Shown here: positions 38,341 to 49,007 of the stretch, one piece after another
Position numbering within the stretch: position 1 is the stretch's first letter
Layout of the letters: every line of letters begins with the position of its first letter
Source of the DNA: Escherichia phage RudolfBernhard_Bas96
Length of the DNA: 64,000 nt
Sequence record: PQ850623.1
Direction: 5' to 3' (one strand)
The notes under the pieces: generated by a model
What the model saw: only the letters and a program-made list of their open reading frames with translations
Told to the model about the DNA's origin: nothing
The model's database searches: none
Made by a program: the position numbers and the translations under genes

Positions 38341-38349
38341 AGCTTTACC

Positions 38350-38880
38350 TTAGAAGATCAGATGTGAAGCTGCATAGTACTCAATAGAAGGTAGAATCTT
38401 CTCATACTGTTTGATTGCCATAGCATCACCAGCAAGAGTCCAAGCTGCTTCACGAGTACGTGGTAGCCCTTTGTACTGACCAGTCTGGTCTTGTGCTACC
38501 AGACATTCAGGTAGAGCATCACGTACATCCTGATAGGACATACAACCACGAACCAGACGATATACAGTCTGGTTTACAAGGTGTACTTCCATAATCAGAC
38601 GACTGGAGGCTTTCAGATACTTGTCCATTGCAGGCCAAAGTTCTGGATTAAGTGTTAACCGCTCACCGTAGGTTGGAGGTCTGGTAGCATTAGAACGCTG
38701 ATAGAACTCCCCTTGATGAAGAAATCCAGCCGATACATCTACACCATTGATACGGTCATTCTTATCAATGATGCCATTTAACACACCATCAAGGCGAACC
38801 AGTTCTGCTAAGAACAGGTGCTTGACTATCTCACTACTATTGGCAACCTGACCAATAGTTGCTGAACCAATCTGAGGCAT
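38350..38880 (-). CDS. Hypothetical protein
   Basis: 176-aa ORF between helicase and polymerase genes. Confidence 0.45.
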   Translation of the reverse strand: MPQIGSATIGQVANSSEIVKHLFLAELVRLDGVLNGIIDKNDRINGVDVSAGFLHQGEFYQRSNATRPPTYGERLTLNPELWPAMDKYLKASSRLIMEVHLVNQTVYRLVRGCMSYQDVRDALPECLVAQDQTGQYKGLPRTREAAWTLAGDAMAIKQYEKILPSIEYYAASHLIF

Positions 38881-38890
38881 ATACCCTCCC

Positions 38891-40201
38891 TTAGAAAGTT
38901 AGACCACCGTACTTACTGGCAAGATTGCCATAGAACACTACACGCTTACGGGCACGTGACACAGCGACGTAAAGCAGACGGGCAACCATATCAGGTTGGC
39001 GACAGCTTGAGAGGTCATTTGCATCAATGAAGATTGTGTCGTAAGTAGAGCCTTGTGATTTATGAACAGTACATGCATGAGTAGCACGCAGGTCTGGAAT
39101 GGTTTCTTTAAGACGGAAGTAAGGTTCCCAGTTCTTCTCTTTACCTAACCACTTAACCAAACGGTTGAAGTAGTCTGGGTCAGTAGGAATTGGAACTTCA
39201 CTAACAATACCACCATAACCAAGGTCTAGAGTACTATCACGGACTTCCAGTTCCAGGTCACCTGTAACCTTAATCATGCGAGTACTGCTATCCTGGTCAA
39301 TGAGTTTTACGTCCTGCTCGATAGACAGACGGTCTTCCACGCCCAAGCGAACAGCAGAGTTAGATACCAACTGTTCACCAATGGAGTATTCACCTACGTA
39401 GCCATTAGCTTCACGAATGTAGTTATTGTAATTAATAACCTGGTCATTGGTGTAAGCAACAATACGGCTATTGGTGGGTTGGGTGAAGTGACTGAGAACC
39501 AGTTTCTCCATCTCTTCCCCTTGCACCCAGTCAATAATGCCTGGAATACATTTAATAGGTAGGAAGCCTGTCTTACCTTCCACCGTATCACGCAATTGCT
39601 GGTGCAATGCTTTGAGTTCTGGTGTATCGGTACGCATCTGTTCAGTCAGATAGTGTGTTGGGATATTGCCAGCATACACTGGAGACTTACTCTCTTTAAC
39701 AGGTAGAAGCTGAGAAGCATCACCTACGAATACCAGTTTACACTGGTGAGTACCTTCACGAGCATACTTAAGTAACTGACGGTCAATCATGGATGCTTCG
39801 TCTACGAAGATAATTTTGTTCTTCTTAATATTGAATGATTTAGACGGTACAACATTAGCCTCACCAGTCTTAAAGTCATTCTTAACAATCAGCCCCTGAA
39901 AGGAATGATAGGTAGAGGTTGGACGCCCAGTAGCTTGAGCCAGAACTTCAGCAGCTTTGTTCGTGGTCGCAGTCATGACAACTTCGTTATACAGGGGCTT
40001 GGTTCCCATTAGAGAACAGGTTTCCATATATGCAGGCATAGTGTCATCAATAAGGTGCGACATCAGGAATGTCTTACCAGTTCCTCCAGGTCCACTGATT
40101 CCGAACTCTGTGGCATTAGGGTCGAGCAGGAAGTCGAAGAACTCCTTCGCAACCGCTTCTTGCCCCTGGTTCAATGGGGCTTTGGTAGGTTTGGAAAACA
40201 T
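38891..40201 (-). CDS. SF1 DNA helicase (Dda/RecD-like)
   Basis: 436 aa; Walker A GPGGTGKTF near the N-terminus, Walker B-like IIFVDEASMI. Confidence 0.7.
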   Translation of the reverse strand: MFSKPTKAPLNQGQEAVAKEFFDFLLDPNATEFGISGPGGTGKTFLMSHLIDDTMPAYMETCSLMGTKPLYNEVVMTATTNKAAEVLAQATGRPTSTYHSFQGLIVKNDFKTGEANVVPSKSFNIKKNKIIFVDEASMIDRQLLKYAREGTHQCKLVFVGDASQLLPVKESKSPVYAGNIPTHYLTEQMRTDTPELKALHQQLRDTVEGKTGFLPIKCIPGIIDWVQGEEMEKLVLSHFTQPTNSRIVAYTNDQVINYNNYIREANGYVGEYSIGEQLVSNSAVRLGVEDRLSIEQDVKLIDQDSSTRMIKVTGDLELEVRDSTLDLGYGGIVSEVPIPTDPDYFNRLVKWLGKEKNWEPYFRLKETIPDLRATHACTVHKSQGSTYDTIFIDANDLSSCRQPDMVARLLYVAVSRARKRVVFYGNLASKYGGLTF

Positions 40202-40213
40202 TTAAATCTCCAG

Positions 40214-40236
40214 TAAAAAACCCTCCGTAGAGGGTT
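40214..40236 (-). terminator. Rho-independent terminator
   Basis: Stem AACCCTC/GAGGGTT with CGTA loop; T run on the - strand. Confidence 0.55.
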
Positions 40237-40693
40237 AGATGTAAGGGGTTAAATCCGGGGGAGTGTAGTCTTTCCCCTTCATGACTTTCTTGTTCTCGTT
40301 GAAGATAGGTTCCCCATCTTCGAACTTGGAATAGTTTGAGCGATTGACTTCAGCCAATGCTCCAGGGACATTCATCCCAAGGAAAGTACCGACGCCAGTT
40401 GCTGTAACAATCTGATCTGCCAGTGCATCCAGTAGTTCTACTGAGTCTTTGATAACAATATTGTTATCCTTTTTAAGCAGGTTGCCTACATGGTCAATTG
40501 CTGCACGTAGTGCCTCGATTTGTGAGGCACGTTCCAGGTTTTTACTGGTAATAGCGTTTAGCATTTCTGCTACTTCTTCCAGATGGCAACCAATCTGTGT
40601 ATTGATGTTCTTACTCGTCGGATTCGGTACGGCTTTTAGAAACCATTGCCGTGTGTTTTCCAGCGTACAAACGGATGAACTTGTCATGCTCAC
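40235..40693 (-). CDS. MazG-like nucleotide pyrophosphohydrolase (putative)
   Basis: 152 aa; HLEEVAEML and ELLDALADQIV resemble the paired EExxE/D-rich helices of MazG/HisE-type NTP pyrophosphatases; weak. Confidence 0.3.
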   Translation of the reverse strand: MSMTSSSVCTLENTRQWFLKAVPNPTSKNINTQIGCHLEEVAEMLNAITSKNLERASQIEALRAAIDHVGNLLKKDNNIVIKDSVELLDALADQIVTATGVGTFLGMNVPGALAEVNRSNYSKFEDGEPIFNENKKVMKGKDYTPPDLTPYI

Positions 40694-41006
40694 TCTCTTG
40701 GTTAAGGTGGCGATTATTATATGCCTCCAGAATCAAGTCCCTTACGTATGAACGAATCTCATAAGCAGGGCCAACTTGCTCTGATAGCCAATATACCACA
40801 TGGGTTGGTAATGGACGGAGTACATTCTCCATGAACGTCCGACGTGTGTCGGCTGGTTCAATGTTTAAAGAACGCAATCGCAAAGTAACCGTAGTGGGGT
40901 GAACCCCCAACGTCTTAGCGATAGTTGCGAGGGACAGACCAACAGCATTCATACGAATGATGTCTTCATCAGTTGCTTTGCGATTAACTCTGTAAACTTT
41001 ACTCAT
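40611..41006 (-). CDS. Helix-turn-helix DNA-binding protein
   Basis: ORF track 40611-41036; likely start MSKVYR at 41006; HTH-like segment LSLATIAKTLGVHPTTVTLRLR. Confidence 0.4.
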   Translation of the reverse strand: MSKVYRVNRKATDEDIIRMNAVGLSLATIAKTLGVHPTTVTLRLRSLNIEPADTRRTFMENVLRPLPTHVVYWLSEQVGPAYEIRSYVRDLILEAYNNRHLNQESEHDKFIRLYAGKHTAMVSKSRTESDE

Positions 41007-41232
41007 AGTACATTTCCTCTTCAAATTTACCCTCACTTTATTATAAGTGAGGGCATTTGAACAGGCTAGGACTGGTTCTTATACCATTCCCCGAACTCTT
41101 TCATTGCATCTTCTAAGGATAAGCCTTCGAAGAATTGACCAAAGTGTCCGTTGTACTTCACACAAATCCTTGTAACGGTTTGCTTTTGGGGTGTGATTAC
41201 TTCCCGTATATCCACCTTATCAATGCTAACCA

Positions 41233-43284
41233 TTACTTAGCAGCCTTGACCAGCTTAGTAGCTAACTTAGCTTCTTCTTCAGTCAGTCCCATTGCAGTGA
41301 ATGACTTCTTGGCATGACGCTTATAGTCTTGCAGAGCATGGCCTTTCTGATAGTCAGAGTAGGACGTATCGTTCAGGATGCTACGCAGGTTATCAACGTG
41401 TTTACCAGACGGTGCTACCTTAGTGGCAGTAGCCGAGCGGTGAACCTTAGCTTGCTTCACTGGTTTTGGTTTGCCGATAGGTTTAGCTGTGTAAGTTGTA
41501 CGTACATCTGCAATCTTAGCCACCACATCAGAACTAACACCTAAAGCAGCCCATGGCTTACGAGCCTTACCTCGCATTTCCACAAGTAAATCAGCAGCAG
41601 CTAATTTATCTTCCGGGGAAGTAGCGTTAAGGAACTCTTTGATCAGTTCCTGAATTTGTTCTTTCACAGTAGGAGCCTTATTAACAATAGGTTTAAGGTC
41701 AGTAGCCTTCACTGGTTCAGCAGCTACAGCTTCATTTAGTGACTCTTCCATATTCAGTGCTTCTTTATTAGCAACTGTACGGAATTGTTCTACGGAACCG
41801 GATGAGAGATTGGTGTATTTGAGGTTAGTACCACGATGCCCACCAACCATAACAAGTGTGGTAGGTGAACTATGGTTCCCAACGATGGCATCGTTAAGTA
41901 ACTTCTTACCCACTTCTGTCTTAGACAGGTAGATACCATTGTTAACGTTGCAACGTTCCTCTTCCGGTAGTTCAGCAATAATGTGATACGCAGCTACACG
42001 CATCTTATTAGTGTTGTACTCAGGAACAGCAAATACATCTTCTGGTGCTACTTTACCAAGGATAGTTACGTTACCACCGAAGGTACGGATGTAACTCATG
42101 GATGCTACGTGCAGGCCGTTGGAGCAGTCCTGACGACGGTCAGGGTCTACCAGGTCTTCTCGCACCTGTACTTTACAACCTACCCACTGACGAATGTTGC
42201 CTGAGTGACAGTCAACGAATACACGTTTACCATTTTCTTCACCACTGAACTTAAGGCGTTTCAGGAACAGGATGGAACCATCATCAGCAATAGGCAGTTC
42301 AGCAGTTTCCATGAACTTCATCAGGTCTTCTACTGAGTGCAGACGGTCTTTAATAACCGGAGCCAGACGTTCAAGGAACTTAGTAAAGCCCTTATAGTCT
42401 TTTAGCTGGGCAGACTGACGCAGGTGACGTTGCAGGTTCTCAACTCCAGGGATAACCCCATTGTTGGTAACAGCAACAACCACTTCATCTTCCTTCACAT
42501 CAGTGTGAAAGTAAGCATCATCGGTACTGATAGCACCTAATGCAGCCAGCTTCTCAGAAGCAGCAGCCAACTTATCCTGGTTCGTAGTTTTAGCTACTTC
42601 CACATAAGGCAGTGGTGTTTCCTCACGGTTGGTAAATACAACATGTACACCTTTGATGTTCTGGGCTTGTTTAGCAAACTCACCCATTTCATCGTCAGAT
42701 ACTGCACGAATTCCAATTGGCCATTCTTGTGAAAGAGTATGGTTGGTATGGTCATAACCCCAGCCTAGTACGTCGTTAATAAAACGAACCAGTGCAGGAT
42801 GGTTATGGTCTTTGCCCCAGCCAGTAACCCACATCAGATTGTCACGTTTGTCATAGTAACCATCTGCTACCGTTACTTCTGGTTCATTAGCCTGGACAGC
42901 CAGAAAAGTATCCATAGCTTTAGACACTAGCGTCTTAGTAGGATTACCTAGCTTAATATCTGAGACGGTACGGGCTGGTGAAACACCTGTACCATCTTCG
43001 AAGAACTCTTTAAGTTTAGCTTTAGCTATCTTGAAGAAACGGACGAATCCGTTGGTGTTCTTTTCTGCTTCCAGGTATTCAGTACGTAGTTCTACTTCTG
43101 GTGCAATGTTTACTTCTATTTGGTCTTGGGTAGTACCCAGACCTTTAGTCTGTGCTTCAGATACAATGCGAGCAACCCGTGGGTCGCTCTGAGGATATAC
43201 AACCGTGGAGCCATCAGGCTTCCACAGTGTGAGGTTTCGACTGTCAACTGCCAGTGCGATGATAGAAATCAATTCGATTTTCAT
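41233..43284 (-). CDS. rIIB: rIIB-like protein
   Basis: 683 aa, immediately downstream of the rIIA-like gene; assignment rests on the conserved rIIA-rIIB pairing in N4-like phages. Confidence 0.4.
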   Translation of the reverse strand: MKIELISIIALAVDSRNLTLWKPDGSTVVYPQSDPRVARIVSEAQTKGLGTTQDQIEVNIAPEVELRTEYLEAEKNTNGFVRFFKIAKAKLKEFFEDGTGVSPARTVSDIKLGNPTKTLVSKAMDTFLAVQANEPEVTVADGYYDKRDNLMWVTGWGKDHNHPALVRFINDVLGWGYDHTNHTLSQEWPIGIRAVSDDEMGEFAKQAQNIKGVHVVFTNREETPLPYVEVAKTTNQDKLAAASEKLAALGAISTDDAYFHTDVKEDEVVVAVTNNGVIPGVENLQRHLRQSAQLKDYKGFTKFLERLAPVIKDRLHSVEDLMKFMETAELPIADDGSILFLKRLKFSGEENGKRVFVDCHSGNIRQWVGCKVQVREDLVDPDRRQDCSNGLHVASMSYIRTFGGNVTILGKVAPEDVFAVPEYNTNKMRVAAYHIIAELPEEERCNVNNGIYLSKTEVGKKLLNDAIVGNHSSPTTLVMVGGHRGTNLKYTNLSSGSVEQFRTVANKEALNMEESLNEAVAAEPVKATDLKPIVNKAPTVKEQIQELIKEFLNATSPEDKLAAADLLVEMRGKARKPWAALGVSSDVVAKIADVRTTYTAKPIGKPKPVKQAKVHRSATATKVAPSGKHVDNLRSILNDTSYSDYQKGHALQDYKRHAKKSFTAMGLTEEEAKLATKLVKAAK

Positions 43285-43288
43285 CAGA

Positions 43289-45850
43289 TTATTTACCTTT
43301 CAGTTTATTTAGACGATTACGGTAGAGGGACTTAAACCCAGGAATATCCTCTGGATTCTTCTTGAGATGTTTAACTAAACTACCTAAGTCTAGGCTCTGT
43401 AGGATGTCACCAGCACTCCAGCTGTAACTGAATAGTCCTTTGTACTCGTTAAGTACTTCGAAATGCTTGTGCATACGAGGATTAACCATCCTTACATATG
43501 GCTCTAAGACATCTACTGACTTAATGAGGCCCAGCTCAACAAGTCTCTCTTTGTTACGTGGATGGTTTCTTAGGAAGTCACATGCCCATTCATATTCTGG
43601 TTTAAAAGTCAGACTCTGTAATGGTTTAAATGTTAGACCCAGGATGTCGAGGATTTCCCAATATTCTCTGTCATCCAGACCTACGTATTCCAGAACACCG
43701 ATACGCTGTTCAGTGGCATACTTCTTAAATCCCTTGCTGGTAATAACAGACATCAATTCATTAAGACGAATATCGTCAATGTGAATAGCACCACGGCGTT
43801 TGGCCTTGTTAACTTCGATTTGATTACGACAGACAACAGTCTCTGCTTTCATCTCATCAGATAACTCCCACCATTTCCACATGGTTCCAATCTTGGCAGT
43901 TTCTGGTCTACCAGAAACAACCTGATTGGCTAGCACGTAGTACTTTGGCAGTTCTACTTCAACGAACCCGTATTTCTCATGATAGATTGGATCAGCAAAT
44001 TCACTCCGAATAAGTGGCTTGGATTCCCAATCACCACTCGTATTTCGTTCACGAATAGTACCTAGTACAGCATTCAATGAAACCAGTGCATTAGTTTTAC
44101 CTCCTGCTTTGGTTTTATTGGCAGCTATTGTCTTAGCACGCTTCTCAGCAGCTATCTTAGCTTGTTCTCTGCGGAAGTTAGTTGGCTTGTCCCACTCATT
44201 ATACTGAGTAAGGTCAATTACCCGATAACCCATAGCAGTGAACTTAGCTACAGCTTTTTCTGCTTCCCCTTTCTTAGGACTAACAACGTGAACAAAAGCA
44301 GTACGCTCCAGGTCACCTCGGTTGTATTCTGGGAAGTATGAGAAAGAATCTGCACAGTCAGATAAACGACGAGTAACTACAACGTTCTTAGTAGTGAATA
44401 TGCCAATACTCTGGTGGGAGTTATTGTATATCCTAAAGTAATCAGTGAGTTTACCTTTTACTAAGTCAACACGGTTACCCTGGTTCATTATGTAACCAGA
44501 CCACTTAATACCTGTAGCTTTTAAAGCAGCAAGCTGAGGTAGGTGCAGATGACGGTATACTAAATCCTGGAATAAGGATGTACCGTCTGCACGGGTATCC
44601 TTAAGAGCACTCATAGCTTTACTATACAGTTTCTTAAGACCTGCATACTCAGGGCGAGCTAATAATGCCTTATTGGATAGATTACGCCAGTGCTTAATAT
44701 GATGCTTACGTTGCTTAGCCCACAAGCTAGAGGACATATAGCGTTGAACGATTCTGTCTGTAACAGCACCCAGGAAAGACGGATATTCCCAATAGCGAGT
44801 AGAAGATTCGGAGGCATACTCTTCAACCTGCTTAATGGCTTCAGGAATCTTAGCCTTAATCTCTTTCTCCATACGGTCTACTAAATCTACACATAGAGCA
44901 GTAATACCATCGTCGGTTAACTTCTGGTTAGATAGAGTTTCACGACTAGGGGCAATAGCTAAGGTGTCTGGTGCAGCCTGAACTACTAAAGTCTCAGCAC
45001 CAATGATATTCATAAAGTTGAGAATAAGACCTACAGCCTCTTCACTAGCTGGACTATATACTATTGGGTACATTACGTTACCGTAGCGAACGAAGATGTT
45101 ACTGCTACCCATATAGCTTTGATACCAGCTATCAGACATATCATAAGAACCAGGTTCAAATGACATACCTAGTGTTTTTAGTAGAGTGTAGTCACCTTGC
45201 TGAATACTATTGCCTGTTTCTTCACGAATTAATTTGGGAAGACTAAGCTCAGCCTTAATCTCTCCGTTAAATACAATTGATGTGATGTAATGCACAAAGG
45301 TATTTACATCATGCTTACCCAGTTGGAATTTAACTTCCAGACCAGATTCCTCAGTAGGAATACCAGTAATGATAGGAACAATACCCGGTTTACCATCATT
45401 CTCAATTGCAGCCTTAGCTACGTTATATACCGACATCTTTCCTTGGTTCCATGAAGTAACCTGGAAGCTATCTGTATAAGCAAATGGGGATTTACAACCC
45501 AGACCAAAGCCACCAGTAACACTACTGTTGGACTTCTTAGTAGATGCACCATATACACCATAAATGGAACCAATGAGTTCATCCGGGATACCGTTACCAA
45601 AGTCACGGAAAGTAATAAAATTGTCAGTATCAATGGTGATACGGATAGGAGTATCAGTATTACCTGCTTCAATATGAGCATCCCAACTGTTACAGATAGT
45701 CTCACGGACTACTGCCAGAGTAGGGTTGTTATATAAGGAAGTACTTAATACGTGAAAGAATGCCGGGTCATCAGAGATGCCAAAGGCGATTGCTTCTTTG
45801 CCACCCAGTGTCGCTGAAGTGGCTGATTGATTGGTATCTGCAACTAACAT
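43289..45850 (-). CDS. rIIA: rIIA-like protein (N-terminal GHKL ATPase fold)
   Basis: 853 aa; N-terminal GHKL motifs (ETICNSWDA, RDFGNGI, GGFGLGCKS) typical of rIIA proteins. Confidence 0.6.
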   Translation of the reverse strand: MLVADTNQSATSATLGGKEAIAFGISDDPAFFHVLSTSLYNNPTLAVVRETICNSWDAHIEAGNTDTPIRITIDTDNFITFRDFGNGIPDELIGSIYGVYGASTKKSNSSVTGGFGLGCKSPFAYTDSFQVTSWNQGKMSVYNVAKAAIENDGKPGIVPIITGIPTEESGLEVKFQLGKHDVNTFVHYITSIVFNGEIKAELSLPKLIREETGNSIQQGDYTLLKTLGMSFEPGSYDMSDSWYQSYMGSSNIFVRYGNVMYPIVYSPASEEAVGLILNFMNIIGAETLVVQAAPDTLAIAPSRETLSNQKLTDDGITALCVDLVDRMEKEIKAKIPEAIKQVEEYASESSTRYWEYPSFLGAVTDRIVQRYMSSSLWAKQRKHHIKHWRNLSNKALLARPEYAGLKKLYSKAMSALKDTRADGTSLFQDLVYRHLHLPQLAALKATGIKWSGYIMNQGNRVDLVKGKLTDYFRIYNNSHQSIGIFTTKNVVVTRRLSDCADSFSYFPEYNRGDLERTAFVHVVSPKKGEAEKAVAKFTAMGYRVIDLTQYNEWDKPTNFRREQAKIAAEKRAKTIAANKTKAGGKTNALVSLNAVLGTIRERNTSGDWESKPLIRSEFADPIYHEKYGFVEVELPKYYVLANQVVSGRPETAKIGTMWKWWELSDEMKAETVVCRNQIEVNKAKRRGAIHIDDIRLNELMSVITSKGFKKYATEQRIGVLEYVGLDDREYWEILDILGLTFKPLQSLTFKPEYEWACDFLRNHPRNKERLVELGLIKSVDVLEPYVRMVNPRMHKHFEVLNEYKGLFSYSWSAGDILQSLDLGSLVKHLKKNPEDIPGFKSLYRNRLNKLKGK

Positions 45851-45877
45851 TTATTTACTCTCCAGTTTAAATGTTGC

Positions 45878-46069
45878 TTATAGAAGTACTTGTTTACACT
45901 TATAAAAAATAGCTTTACGTAGTTCAGCTTCTTCCAGTGGTTCATCATTAGGATGATGACCTACTGGACTGTTTTGAAAAGCACTCATTAGGAATAAGAC
46001 CTGATATTCGGTTAAGCCATTAATCTGAATGCTATACGTTTTCTCTGAGGCGATGTTTACATTAGCCAT
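45878..46069 (-). CDS. Small hypothetical protein
   Basis: Track ORF 45878-46189 overlaps the upstream gene by 128 nt; internal start MANVNI at 46069 removes most overlap. Confidence 0.3.
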   Translation of the reverse strand: MANVNIASEKTYSIQINGLTEYQVLFLMSAFQNSPVGHHPNDEPLEEAELRKAIFYKCKQVLL

Positions 46070-46436
46070 TGCGTTTACCCGCCATTGCTTGAAGAACGAA
46101 TACAGCCATATCTGATGCCATATCGTCAGTAATGTCATTAACCGTACCGTAAGGTAACGGACCATTATCTTCCCAGTTATCGAGTACATTCTGCACTTCA
46201 GCTAATCCAGCCTGAATCATCTCTTTGTTTGGTTCTAGCCATAATTTACGTTCCTCTGCCAGTGCAGCAATGCACATACACAAGGAAGCGATATTAGCTG
46301 GGCAAGCAGCAATATCACCGGTAACTGCAATATCACTAAGTGGAACAGCCTTACCAGTTTTACTATGAATAACTTCAGGATTAATCACGGATTTGCTCCA
46401 GGTTGTGGGCAGGAATAGGGAAACATGGATAGTCAC
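46062..46436 (-). CDS. Hypothetical protein
   Basis: 124-aa ORF. Confidence 0.4.
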   Translation of the reverse strand: MTIHVSLFLPTTWSKSVINPEVIHSKTGKAVPLSDIAVTGDIAACPANIASLCMCIAALAEERKLWLEPNKEMIQAGLAEVQNVLDNWEDNGPLPYGTVNDITDDMASDMAVFVLQAMAGKRNG

Positions 46437-46593
46437 CGGTAGGATCCAGTGTTACTGATACATGCAGTGTATTTGTCATTTGGGTTAACATCAGAGCAGC
46501 ATTGAAATCGTCTTGGATACAGGCATATACAATGTCACCCTTCTCACCCTCACACATTATAGGTGTGTCTTTGATACGGTATTTAGCAGGCAT
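46381..46593 (-). CDS. Hypothetical protein
   Basis: 70-aa ORF. Confidence 0.35.
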   Translation of the reverse strand: MPAKYRIKDTPIMCEGEKGDIVYACIQDDFNAALMLTQMTNTLHVSVTLDPTGDYPCFPIPAHNLEQIRD

Positions 46594-46602
46594 ATTATTT
46601 CC

Positions 46603-46827
46603 TTATTTTTTACTAACAATGGGGTTTCTGTAATTCCAGGCTTTACTAAGTTTTTCTAACTTAAATCCTGCATACCCATATTCTTTAGACAGGATTTCTT
46701 CTGCAATATCCAATGCATTAATTTTGCATAAACGCCCGTCTATGCAGATGTTTTTAAAACTACCGACGGATTCCCTGTATAGTCCATTGGAATCTTTCTC
46801 CAACATAGTTGCATACCAACTTGCCAT
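46603..46827 (-). CDS. Hypothetical protein
   Basis: ATG at 46827 preceded by a perfect AGGAGG RBS (track start 46857 is TTG inside the terminator). Confidence 0.45.
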   Translation of the reverse strand: MASWYATMLEKDSNGLYRESVGSFKNICIDGRLCKINALDIAEEILSKEYGYAGFKLEKLSKAWNYRNPIVSKK

Positions 46828-46852
46828 AAATCCTCCTGGGACAGTAATTGAA

Positions 46853-46880
46853 ACCAAAAAAAGACCTCCCGGAGGAGGTC
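46853..46880 (-). terminator. Rho-independent terminator
   Basis: 8-bp stem AGACCTCC/GGAGGTCT with CGGA loop; TTTTTTT on the - strand. Confidence 0.65.
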
Positions 46881-46886
46881 TTAGGT

Positions 46887-47123
46887 TTACTTACGATTCC
46901 GTCCTACGAATTGTAATAGACGTTCCTTAGCATCATCCTGTTCCTTGATAGCTACATAGTCGCGTGCATAGTAATACACACACCATAAGCCAATAGAACA
47001 TGCAGAATATCGAGCCACTACGAAGAACATCTCTTCCAGGCTCTGTGCACCATGCAGTGTAAATACAAATTCCAGAACCAGGATGATACTTATAAACATT
47101 GCTTGAATAGCTAAACGTTTCAT
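46887..47123 (-). CDS. Small membrane protein
   Basis: 78 aa with two hydrophobic helices; ATGA overlap with thyX. Confidence 0.45.
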   Translation of the reverse strand: MKRLAIQAMFISIILVLEFVFTLHGAQSLEEMFFVVARYSACSIGLWCVYYYARDYVAIKEQDDAKERLLQFVGRNRK

Positions 47124-48064
47124 TCTGTAATTGTTTCTCCGGGAATTAGTTTACGGAATTGGATGAAATCCAGTAAGTTGCCTGAATATAGCTTACCTTC
47201 ACGGTCCATTGAAGTAACACCCTGTTCCCAGGTTAATGGGTTCTGGTTGTTAACAAACTTGGTACTGAAGTCCATCGGGGTAGCCTGATGTTCAGTAGGT
47301 GATGCATGAATTGGCTGTTTCTCTACCAACTTAGCAAACAGAACAAGATCATCACTGATAGTAGATGGCTTGCCTTCAAAGTTGTTATAGGAGGCACGAG
47401 CACAACGAGCAGCAGAGACTTTAAGCAGTAGACCTAAAATTTCTCCATCACTTGGTTCATCACGAGTAATTCGTTGATATTTGCAATGATTGTAAGCATT
47501 AGCACAATCAGTATTGCGAATATAAGGCAGATGCCAGTCACCTTTCTTGAGCTTTTGCGGAACAGATTCTTCATGAGCCTTCTTCATGGCCTGAGCCAGT
47601 AAACGGATTTCCGGTTGGGCATCTTCATGGTCACGTAAGCCATAGAAGTTAGCCCAGCTAGTTGAAGTTACCACTACACGGATATGTGTGAATGGTTCCA
47701 GAATACGGTTAACAATCTGCTTATGTACTTGTCCACGACGCAGTTGTTCAGCATATACAGCAGCAGCAGATGCAGCGTTATCCCAGATAAACTTAGCATC
47801 CTCAATCTCCATAGGAGTGAGTTCTTCTTCTGCTTGCATACCTTTCTGATTCTTGCCCCAGTGACTTGGCATCACTGGTTCATTACGAACCTGCTCGATG
47901 AACTTAGACGTAGGTATAGCACGACTGCTTGAAGCATTGCGGTTGAATACACGGTGAGTCATAAACTCACTGTGAATGAATCGGGGGTAGACCAATTCAA
48001 AGGTAGTAATACGAGTACCAGTTGCATGATGAACGGAATCTGCAATGACAGTTGCCTTAATCAT
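47120..48064 (-). CDS. thyX: Flavin-dependent thymidylate synthase (ThyX-like)
   Basis: 314 aa; HRVFNRNASSSR fits the ThyX signature RHRxxxxxxxSxR. Confidence 0.55.
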   Translation of the reverse strand: MIKATVIADSVHHATGTRITTFELVYPRFIHSEFMTHRVFNRNASSSRAIPTSKFIEQVRNEPVMPSHWGKNQKGMQAEEELTPMEIEDAKFIWDNAASAAAVYAEQLRRGQVHKQIVNRILEPFTHIRVVVTSTSWANFYGLRDHEDAQPEIRLLAQAMKKAHEESVPQKLKKGDWHLPYIRNTDCANAYNHCKYQRITRDEPSDGEILGLLLKVSAARCARASYNNFEGKPSTISDDLVLFAKLVEKQPIHASPTEHQATPMDFSTKFVNNQNPLTWEQGVTSMDREGKLYSGNLLDFIQFRKLIPGETITE

Positions 48065-48507
48065 TAGAATGACCTTAGATAGTTGGTTATACCACTACGG
48101 CTTTCTGTAATCCTCTTGGCCTGAACATACACCAGCTTAAACTCACTACGAGGCAGTTCCTGTAATATTGCTATACCTTCAGTAAGAGCCACAGAACACG
48201 CTACAGCGGTTTCTTTTTTAAAGGAGTACAAGTCTTCATACATGAGGGCTTCATACTCTTTCCGGAGCATACAGAGAGCATCTCTTGCCTTATCACTTAC
48301 TTCTTGTGAACCAGCAGACATAGCTAAGCTGTATATGATAAAGACTTGTTCGAAAACAAAGTCCAGTAATCTATCAGGGGTATTAGTCCCCATAAATAAT
48401 TTTGTTGCGTAGGAACGGGCCTTACGGTTGAGTTCATACTCATCCTCTATACCTTTATTATAAAGAACAGGATTCCGTTCCCTTTTTCTTAGAAATGGGA
48501 TACGCAT
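48064..48507 (-). CDS. Hypothetical protein
   Basis: 147-aa ORF; stop/start abut thyX. Confidence 0.45.
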   Translation of the reverse strand: MRIPFLRKRERNPVLYNKGIEDEYELNRKARSYATKLFMGTNTPDRLLDFVFEQVFIIYSLAMSAGSQEVSDKARDALCMLRKEYEALMYEDLYSFKKETAVACSVALTEGIAILQELPRSEFKLVYVQAKRITESRSGITNYLRSF

Positions 48508-48890
48508 TAGTATTTACTACCTCTTCTATACCAAGGGTAATGATGGGTAGTGCTCTTACCTTTAAACACATCCTTAGTACGAGGATTCTTTTGTATTTGA
48601 GCCAGGTAAAGATGCATTTCGTCACACGGACTAAGCCAGAACTTATCTATGATTCGGTCTACCTTAGATTTTAGATGAGGCTCAGGAGGGATGTATGGGA
48701 AAACATTAAATGATCTACTAGTCCATCCTTTCTGAATAGCAGCTTGCATTGCTGCGTAAACATCAGGACCAATTCCATTTTCTTCTACTTGGTCATGTAT
48801 AGTTTTGCCTAAAGTAAGCATTGCAGTTTGTTCCAGTTTACTTAAGTCCAGTCCATATAAGATAGACTTACCATTTTGTCTGTTTGACAT
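48507..48890 (-). CDS. Hypothetical protein
   Basis: Track ORF extends to 48992 through a terminator hairpin; ATG at 48890 lies just downstream of the hairpin. Confidence 0.45.
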   Translation of the reverse strand: MSNRQNGKSILYGLDLSKLEQTAMLTLGKTIHDQVEENGIGPDVYAAMQAAIQKGWTSRSFNVFPYIPPEPHLKSKVDRIIDKFWLSPCDEMHLYLAQIQKNPRTKDVFKGKSTTHHYPWYRRGSKY

Positions 48891-48904
48891 AAGAGTACCT
48901 GTAA

Positions 48905-48932
48905 TTAAAAAAGCCCACGGGTTAGGTGGGCT
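48905..48932 (-). terminator. Rho-independent terminator
   Basis: Stem AGCCCAC/GTGGGCT with 7-nt loop; TTTTTTAA on the - strand. Confidence 0.6.
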
Positions 48933-49007
48933 TGGATTAGGAGATGGATAAGCAATGAGCTGGAAGTAACTTCCACAAGCACCACTATACAATGATGCTT
49001 AGGTTAG